IMG/VR virus record: IMGVR_UViG_3300045988_001638
Coordinates: 1 to 5,446 of that record
DNA length: 5,446 nucleotides
Direction: 5' to 3' (one strand)
Source: a virus
The notes under the pieces were generated by a model. It made no database searches, was not told the DNA's origin, and worked only from the letters and a program-made list of their open reading frames with translations. The stretch's first letter is position 1. Each line of letters starts with the position of its first letter. Below, piece after piece: positions 1 to 4,251 of this stretch. The translations under genes were made by a program, and so were the position numbers.

Positions 1-55
1 AGAGTTTATTACAGACAAAGGAAAAGAATATCGTGATTACAACTATTTAAACGCA
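1..55. repeat. Terminal redundancy, copy 1. Identical to 5392-5446, marking a closed circular genome of 5,391 nt.
   Basis: Base-by-base comparison shows agagtttattacagacaaaggaaaagaatatcgtgattacaactatttaaacgca at both 1-55 and 5392-5446 (offset 5391). The reading frame is continuous across the junction. A 55-nt overlap is typical of a k-mer overlap in a circular assembly. Confidence 0.95.
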
Positions 56-1204
56 CACTTCGATATAACAGCAGCCAATAAAGGCTTAAAATACACCTAC
101 AAAACAAGCACACAACAAATACAAGGAAAACTAAGCGGATTCGCAAAATTGAATGAGCCTAATTCATTACATGAAGTTCCATTAACACAATTCGATACAC
201 TAAGAGAAAATATCCTAAAGGCAGGTAAAGAAATATATTCACTAGAGGCATCAACAAATGATTTAACACTAGCAACCTTAGACAGAAATACGGAAACAGG
301 GCAACTCTATGCAGCAACAGCAGGAAATGGATTATTATTAAAAACATATCAATCTGATAAATTTAACAACTGGATTTCAACAGAATGGATAGATGGAGAA
401 AATGGAATCAGTGCAGTAACAGCAATTAGTACAGCGGGGGATAAATTCACAATAGACCAGTTAAATCTGTCGAAAAAAGTATACGACATGTTGAACCGAA
501 TAGCAATAAGTGGTGGGACATATCAAGATTGGGTAGAAACCGTGTATACATCAGGCTGGGAAATGCACACAGAAACACCCGTATATGAGGGTGGAATGTC
601 AGCGGAAATAGAATTCCAAGAAGTAGTAAGTACAGCAGCAACAACAGAGGAAGCACTAGGATCACTAGCAGGAAGAGGTAAAGATACAAATAAGAAAGGC
701 GGACAATTACACATAAAAATAAAAGAGCCATGTTATATCATGGGAATAGTAAGTATAACACCACGAGTAGATTACTGCCAAGGGAATGACTGGGATATAT
801 TCCAGCTAAAGACAATGGACGATCTACACAAGCCAGCACTAGATGGAATAGGCTATCAAGACTTACTTACTTACGAAATGGCAAGTTGGGGAGGCACTGA
901 AAATGCGAAATCGGTGGGAAAACAACCAGCATGGATAAATTACATGACAAACTGGAATAAGACTTACGGAACTTTCGCAGAACAAGGGAATGAGGCATTT
1001 ATGGTACTAAATAGATACTATGAACCAATTAACGGAACTTTTGATTCAGGAAAAGAAATAGACGCAAGTACATACATAGACCCAAGTAAGTATAACTATA
1101 TATTCGCTGAAACAAATGCAGAAAGCCAAAATTTTTGGGTACAACTAGGATTCGCAATCGAAGCAAGGAGAATGATGTCAGCAAAACAAATACCAAACTT
1201 ATAA
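1..1204 (+). CDS. VP1: Microviridae major capsid protein (VP1 / F-like), C-terminal part. Continues 4700-5446 across the circular junction.
   Basis: Frame 2 is open from position 2, with no stop before the TTG at 149 that the track used as a start. It is in phase with 4700-5446 because 5391 is divisible by 3. Position 1 is the third base of a Val codon. Stop TAA at 1202-1204. The joined ORF is 692+1204 = 1896 nt, or 631 aa. That size and the sequence character fit the large VP1 of non-phiX microviruses. Confidence 0.92.
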   Translation, partial: EFITDKGKEYRDYNYLNAHFDITAANKGLKYTYKTSTQQIQGKLSGFAKLNEPNSLHEVPLTQFDTLRENILKAGKEIYSLEASTNDLTLATLDRNTETGQLYAATAGNGLLLKTYQSDKFNNWISTEWIDGENGISAVTAISTAGDKFTIDQLNLSKKVYDMLNRIAISGGTYQDWVETVYTSGWEMHTETPVYEGGMSAEIEFQEVVSTAATTEEALGSLAGRGKDTNKKGGQLHIKIKEPCYIMGIVSITPRVDYCQGNDWDIFQLKTMDDLHKPALDGIGYQDLLTYEMASWGGTENAKSVGKQPAWINYMTNWNKTYGTFAEQGNEAFMVLNRYYEPINGTFDSGKEIDASTYIDPSKYNYIFAETNAESQNFWVQLGFAIEARRMMSAKQIPNL

Positions 1205-1206
1205 CT

Positions 1207-1524
1207 ATGAAAAGAAAAATACTAACAATAAAACCAACAACAGGATTCATACCAGTGTATGACGGTGAAAGCATTGAAACAAAAGTCGAAAGAGTCGTCC
1301 AGAACAAAGAACCAATCGAAGACGGTGCTGAAATAATATACACTGAAAAAAAACAAGGAGTGCAACCACAATACGACATAAGAACCGACAAATGGGAAAT
1401 AGCACAAAAAGCAATGGGTCTAGCACACGCAAACAGAATAGCCAAATCAGACGGAAGTTTAGACAAATGGCAACAAGAACAAGAACAACAGCAGCAACAG
1501 CAGCAACAACAAAAAAATGAATGA
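1207..1524 (+). CDS. Small microvirus protein of 105 aa with a C-terminal poly-Q tail. Function unknown; a VP3-like internal scaffolding role is possible from its position but unproven.
   Basis: The first ATG in this frame is at 1207, 2 nt after the VP1 stop, in the junction TAACTATG. The same junction precedes VP1 at 4700. The track start at 1135 is a TTG that overlaps VP1 by 70 nt and is less likely. The product MKRKILTIKPTTGFIPVYDGE...DIRTDKWEIAQKAM...QQEQEQQQQQQQQQKNE is hydrophilic, with codon usage like its neighbours. Stop TGA at 1522-1524. Confidence 0.7.
   Translation: MKRKILTIKPTTGFIPVYDGESIETKVERVVQNKEPIEDGAEIIYTEKKQGVQPQYDIRTDKWEIAQKAMGLAHANRIAKSDGSLDKWQQEQEQQQQQQQQQKNE
1471..1512 (+). 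repeat. In-frame CAR/GAA trinucleotide tract encoding QQEQEQQQQQQQQQ; nine uninterrupted Gln codons at 1486-1512.
   Basis: Codons read directly: caa caa gaa caa gaa caa cag cag caa cag cag caa caa caa. The tract sits at the 3' end of ORF 1207-1524. Confidence 0.9.
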
Positions 1525-1552
1525 TAATTAACACCGAAATATCGGTATGTGC

Positions 1553-1579
1553 ATAAGGGGTTTTTATACCCCTTATTTA
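1553..1579 (+). terminator. Hairpin followed by a short T run. Possible weak, attenuating intrinsic terminator after the capsid and small-protein genes.
   Basis: 9-bp stem ATAAGGGGT (1553-1561) / ACCCCTTAT (1568-1576) with loop TTTTAT, followed by only TT. A smaller hairpin ACCGA/TCGGT lies at 1533-1546 just upstream. Confidence 0.4.
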
Positions 1580-1582
1580 ACA

Positions 1583-1607
1583 AGTAGCGAGTTAATATTA
1601 CGCTACT
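1583..1607 (+). promoter_or_regulatory. Stem-loop carrying TAATATTAC in the loop. Candidate rolling-circle (+)-strand origin and nick site.
   Basis: Perfect 7-bp stem AGTAGCG (1583-1589) / CGCTACT (1601-1607) with 11-nt loop AGTTAATATTA. TAATATTAC occupies 1593-1601, and its last C is the first base of the 3' arm. It lies on the + strand, which is both the coding strand and the presumed virion strand, in an intergenic region. Confidence 0.5.
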
Positions 1608-1634
1608 GCACATTATTATCTAGTTACTAACAAT

Positions 1635-1651
1635 CGCTTTTCAAAAAAGCG
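1635..1651 (+). other. Short hairpin immediately upstream of VP2.
   Basis: Stem CGCTTTT (1635-1641) / AAAAGCG (1645-1651) with a 3-nt loop, 15 nt before the VP2 ATG. Confidence 0.5.
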
Positions 1652-1666
1652 CGAAAATCAATCACT

Positions 1667-2713
1667 ATGGGATTAAATGCAGGTAAAATGCTAGGAAGTG
1701 CAGCGCTAGACGGACTGACGGGAGGCGTCGGAGGACTAGTCTCAGGAGCAGTAGGAGGAATAGGCTCACTATTAGGCTTAGGCTCAAGAAAGGAAAAGAA
1801 AGCACGAGAAGCCGAAGAAAGAGAACATCAAAGGCAACTTGAATACATGGCTCTACAAGCAAAATATAACAAAGAACAGGCAGAATATTCCACAGAACTC
1901 GGCAAGGAAATGTGGGATTATACCAACTTTGAGAATCAAAAAAAACATTTGGAAGCAGCAGGACTGAATCCAGCACTACTATACGGAAACAGTGGCGGTG
2001 GCGGTGGAAGTGCAGCAGGCAGCGGAAGTGCAGCAGGCGTAGGGTTGCCATCATCAACAGGGGTAGGAATGGGCATCCAGTGGGAACAAATGGAAGCTCA
2101 AAAAGAGCTGGCTAAGGCAGAAGCCGCGAAAACAAACGCGGAGGCAGCTAAATTAATGACAACAGACACTGAAAAAGTTAAGTCAGAAACTGAAAAAAAT
2201 AAACAAGATATCAAAGAATCAGAAAAGAGAATAGAATCACTTACAAGTCAAACTCACAAAATAAACGAAGAAAGCAAAGGTATAGAATTTAACAATTATC
2301 TGAACGAACTAAGAAAAAACATCAAGCTGAGTGGAGAAGTAAATGGCAAGACAGTATGGACTAAGGGATTTGACGAGATTTTCAAGGAAAATGAACTACA
2401 AAGAATGTTAGCAGACTACGGAATATCACAGAAAGAATACCAAGAGGCAAAAAATGACAAGGAAGTAGCTATGAGGCTATCTGATGCTCTCAATGAGATT
2501 GCTAACGGAAAAATAGCGGTATTCGGCAAAATGGTAGAAGAGGCCCAACAGGCAAAAAATGAAACAGCTATACAAAAATGGCAGTTCGAACAGGACAAAG
2601 CACTCAGTGATTTAATCAACGATATAGGTGGAGAAGGAAAATACGGAAAACTACTAACAAAGATAATCAGCGCAATATTTAGCAAATGGCGCGGATATGG
2701 AGGAAAAAAATAA
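1667..2713 (+). CDS. VP2: Microviridae VP2 (minor capsid / DNA pilot protein, functional analogue of phiX174 H).
   Basis: 348 aa. N-terminal Gly/small-residue hydrophobic segment GSAALDGLTGGVGGLVSGAVGGIGSLLGLG (nt 1694-1783). The block WDYTNFENQKKHLEAAGLNPALLYG (GLNPALLYG at 1961-1987) is characteristic of gokusho/alpa-type VP2. This is followed by a poly-Gly/Ser/Ala linker and then a long K/E/Q-rich region that looks coiled-coil. It sits between the capsid module and Rep. Stop TAA at 2711-2713. Confidence 0.85.
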   Translation: MGLNAGKMLGSAALDGLTGGVGGLVSGAVGGIGSLLGLGSRKEKKAREAEEREHQRQLEYMALQAKYNKEQAEYSTELGKEMWDYTNFENQKKHLEAAGLNPALLYGNSGGGGGSAAGSGSAAGVGLPSSTGVGMGIQWEQMEAQKELAKAEAAKTNAEAAKLMTTDTEKVKSETEKNKQDIKESEKRIESLTSQTHKINEESKGIEFNNYLNELRKNIKLSGEVNGKTVWTKGFDEIFKENELQRMLADYGISQKEYQEAKNDKEVAMRLSDALNEIANGKIAVFGKMVEEAQQAKNETAIQKWQFEQDKALSDLINDIGGEGKYGKLLTKIISAIFSKWRGYGGKK

Positions 2714-3633
2714 TGTGCCTTTATACAAAATACATAACAAACCCAAAATACTTGCCAAATAAGAAAAATAATTACAGTCCGCCTGCCTGCAAAGACAGGC
2801 GGTTGTTATATGTGCCAGTGAAATGCGGAAAATGTATGGAGTGCAGAAAACAAAATCAAAGTCAGTGGGTAGTAAGGCTCTCGGAAGAAATCAGGAAAGA
2901 ACCTGAAGCACTATTTGTAACACTAACATTCAACGAAGAAAGTTACAAGGAGTTAGCGACCATCACGAAAAATGAAAATGAAATGTGTAGAATAGCACTA
3001 AGAAGAATGCTTGAAAACTACAGAGTACAGAATAAACGCACGATAAAACACTGGGTAGCAACAGAACTAGGCGATGACGGTAGGATACATATGCACGGAA
3101 TATTCTGGACTAACAAGGAAGTAATAGAAAAATATTGGAAATACGGCTTTATATTTATTGGAACATGGGTAAATGAACAGACAATATTTTACATCACAAA
3201 ATACATTATGAAAGTATCAACAGTAGACAAGAATTTCACACCAAAAATACTATGCAGCAAAGGAATAGGAAGTAGCTATCTCAAAAGAGGTGATGTAAGG
3301 AACAACAGATACAAAAAAAATGACACAGACGAATCATACAGGCTAAGGGACGGCAGAAAAATATCACTACCTGATTATTACAAGAGAAAAATATACTCAG
3401 AAGAAGAACGGGAAAAACTTTGGATCGAAAAACAAGAAAGAGGTTACCGCTATATTATGGGCGAAAAAGTAGACGTAGACAACGAACAAGAATATTTCAG
3501 TATACTCAATTTCTATCGTGAGAAAGCAAAACGAATCCTGAACGAAAAACCGCAAGATTGGGACAAAGAAAAGCACAAAAAACAACTTAAAAAACTTAAA
3601 GAATACAGAAAAAGATTTAAAAGCGGTTGTTAA
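2713..3633 (+). CDS. VP4: Microviridae VP4 replication initiator (HUH rolling-circle endonuclease, phiX174 A-like).
   Basis: Start chosen at ATG 2713, which overlaps the VP2 stop (TAATG) and has GGAGG at 2699-2703, 9 nt upstream. The track start at 2686 lies inside VP2. Motifs: CGKCMECR (2824-2847), RCR motif I LFVTLTF (2911-2931), HUH motif HMHGIFW (His codons 3088-3090 and 3094-3096), and two-tyrosine motif III YITKYIMK (3190-3213; compare phiX174 A YVAKYVNK). Stop TAA at 3631-3633. Confidence 0.92.
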   Translation: MCLYTKYITNPKYLPNKKNNYSPPACKDRRLLYVPVKCGKCMECRKQNQSQWVVRLSEEIRKEPEALFVTLTFNEESYKELATITKNENEMCRIALRRMLENYRVQNKRTIKHWVATELGDDGRIHMHGIFWTNKEVIEKYWKYGFIFIGTWVNEQTIFYITKYIMKVSTVDKNFTPKILCSKGIGSSYLKRGDVRNNRYKKNDTDESYRLRDGRKISLPDYYKRKIYSEEEREKLWIEKQERGYRYIMGEKVDVDNEQEYFSILNFYREKAKRILNEKPQDWDKEKHKKQLKKLKEYRKRFKSGC

Positions 3634-3647
3634 TAACCGCTTTTTTT
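3619..3647 (+). terminator. Rho-independent terminator closing the single + strand transcription unit.
   Basis: 10-bp stem AAAAGCGGTT (3619-3628) / AACCGCTTTT (3635-3644) with loop GTTAAT, which contains the VP4 stop codon. The stem runs into a T7 tract (3641-3647). Confidence 0.8.
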
Positions 3648-3648
3648 G

Positions 3649-3722
3649 TGTTGATAAGTGTGTAAAATCGGTTGATAAGTATGCAAAATCGGTTAATAAA
3701 CATGTTGATAACTTGTTGATAA
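3649..3722 (-). repeat. Left iteron cluster: five phased copies of TGTTGATAA-like 9-mers (TTATCAACA on the minus strand).
   Basis: TGTTGATAA at 3649-3657, 3703-3711 and 3714-3722. GGTTGATAA at 3670-3678. GGTTAATAA at 3691-3699. Start spacing is 21, 21, 12 and 11 nt. The middle copies sit in a 21-nt tandem duplication (3661-3681 vs 3682-3702, 17/21 identical). Confidence 0.85.
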
Positions 3723-3815
3723 AAAAATAACTTTTTAACACTTTATTAAGATTTGATTTATATATAGAAAAAAGATTTATATTTCAAAATTTAAAGATAT
3801 GAAGTTATAAAAAAG

Positions 3816-3879
3816 TTATGAACAGAGTTATTAACAAGATAAGTGGCTATATTTCAGGCTATTAACATAGTTATGAACA
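3816..3879 (+). repeat. Right iteron cluster: four copies of TTAT(G/T)AACA in the opposite orientation to the left cluster.
   Basis: TTATGAACA at 3816-3824 and 3871-3879, each inside the exact 12-mer AGTTATGAACAG (3814-3825 and 3869-3880). TTATTAACA at 3828-3836. cTATTAACA at 3859-3867. Start spacing is 12, 31 and 12 nt. Confidence 0.8.
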
Positions 3880-3901
3880 GTTTCAACAGCCTATTATTAT
3901 C

Positions 3902-3915
3902 ATATATATATATAT
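3902..3915. repeat. (AT)7 dinucleotide repeat within an extremely AT-rich stretch.
   Basis: atatatatatatat read directly. The flanking 12-mer TATATAGAAAAA occurs at both 3761-3772 and 3919-3930. Confidence 0.9.
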
Positions 3916-4007
3916 GTTTATATAGAAAAATATAAATATTATAATGATAGTACGGTTTCCATGCAACATCCATGTATCAGGAAGTGAGAGCCAAATAATA
4001 ATTTTTA

Positions 4008-4172
4008 CGCGGGCAAGGTGTCAACATCCGAGGGAAGCTCGCACTCTGTGCGCCGGAATCAGGCTACATGTCACACGGCAGCACTAAGTTATCTAAGGTG
4101 CTAACGCTATCGGGGCTACGCGCCCCTATACCCCTCGTACGCAACATAGTTGCGATTATCTATGCCTACGGC
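4008..4172 (+). other. GC-rich, hairpin-dense non-coding island. Candidate complementary-strand (ssDNA) origin or structured ncRNA; class unknown.
   Basis: By hand count, 93 of 165 nt are G/C (about 56%), against a very AT-rich context. Local hairpins: CGCAC/GTGCG (4040-4052), AGCAC/GTGCT (4080-4102), GGGGC/GCCCC (4112-4126) and CGCAAC/GTTGCG (4140-4154). A possible enclosing helix CGAGGG (4029-4034) / CCCTCG (4132-4137) would give a four-way junction. There is no convincing ORF. Confidence 0.45.
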
Positions 4173-4185
4173 AATTTTAACTAAA

Positions 4186-4222
4186 TATATTTGGTACTTT
4201 CGGAAAAAATACAGTACATTTG
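4186..4222 (+). promoter_or_regulatory. Bacteroidetes-type promoter (-33 TTTG / -7 TAnnTTTG) driving the whole gene set.
   Basis: TACATTTG at 4215-4222 matches the -7 consensus TAnnTTTG. TTTG at 4190-4193 lies 21 nt upstream of it, within the reported 19-21 nt spacing. A second TAnnTTTG match (TATATTTG, 4186-4193) overlaps the -33 element. The first ORF starts 30 nt downstream at 4252. Confidence 0.55.
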
Positions 4223-4251
4223 TGCAAAACAAATAAATATATAGGGAAAAA

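Noticed and set aside
1-55. Terminal direct repeats considered as LTRs, att sites or transposon ends.
   Set aside because: The repeat lies inside the capsid coding frame, which reads straight through the junction. It is direct rather than inverted, and its 55-nt length fits an assembly k-mer overlap of a circular molecule.
149-151. Start positions given by the track: TTG 149 for the capsid ORF, TTG 1135 for the small protein and ATG 2686 for VP4.
   Set aside because: Position 149 is internal to a frame that is open back to position 2 and continues from 4700. Position 1135 is a TTG overlapping VP1 by 70 nt, whereas ATG 1207 sits in the recurrent TAACTATG junction. Position 2686 lies inside VP2, whereas ATG 2713 gives a TAATG overlap with a GGAGG 9 nt upstream.
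1346-1353. A7-A8 homopolymer runs in coding regions (1346-1353, 1938-1945, 3313-3320, 2704-2710, 4706-4712), considered as programmed frameshift or slippage sites.
   Set aside because: No alternative-frame ORF of meaningful length follows any of them. They fit the general A-richness and Lys/Asn/Glu-rich coding of this genome. They are worth remembering only as possible sequencing-error hotspots.
1029-1613. 194-aa minus-strand ORF. The same applies to the other minus-strand ORFs in the track: 159-347, 447-731, 523-714, 1222-1407, 1247-1534, 1665-2057, 2416-2685, 3397-3741, 4445-4645 and 4698-4925.
   Set aside because: All lie antisense to well-supported + strand genes. Their products are low-complexity and rich in Leu, Phe, Cys and Ser; the poly-Cys run is simply the antisense of the CAG/CAA tract. 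The + strand is purine- and A-rich, which depletes stop codons on the antisense strand. Microviruses are transcribed from one strand only, and no promoter or terminator is visible in that orientation.
3661-3702. 21-nt tandem repeat considered as a possible CRISPR array.
   Set aside because: There are only two adjacent units with no spacers between them. The units are imperfect (17/21) and AT-rich, and they belong to a wider iteron family. No cas genes could fit in a 5.4-kb phage.
3858-3885. Possible XerC/D dif-like recombination site (ATTAACATAG-TTATGA-ACAG...). This was considered because Bacteroidetes microvirus prophages have been proposed to integrate via host Xer recombinases.
   Set aside because: Only one arm loosely resembles the XerD-side ATTTAACATAA, and the other arm shows no similarity. 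The sequence is better explained as part of the TTATNAACA iteron cluster.
4008-4172. GC island considered as a tRNA, tmRNA fragment, hammerhead or other self-cleaving ribozyme, or a known riboswitch.
   Set aside because: No T-loop (GTTCRANYC-like) or 7-bp acceptor pairing appears on either strand. There is no CUGAUGA...GAAA hammerhead core. The superficial resemblance of ACGCGGGCAA to the c-di-GMP-I 5' region does not extend further. I cannot assign a family by eye, so it is reported only as an unclassified structured element.
4068-4184. 38-codon + strand ORF (MSHGSTKLSKVLTLSGLRAPIPLVRNIVAIIYAYGNFN) inside the GC island.
   Set aside because: It is short and lies upstream of the promoter, with no ribosome-binding context. 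Its codon and GC usage is unlike every other gene here. The region is better explained by nucleic-acid structure.
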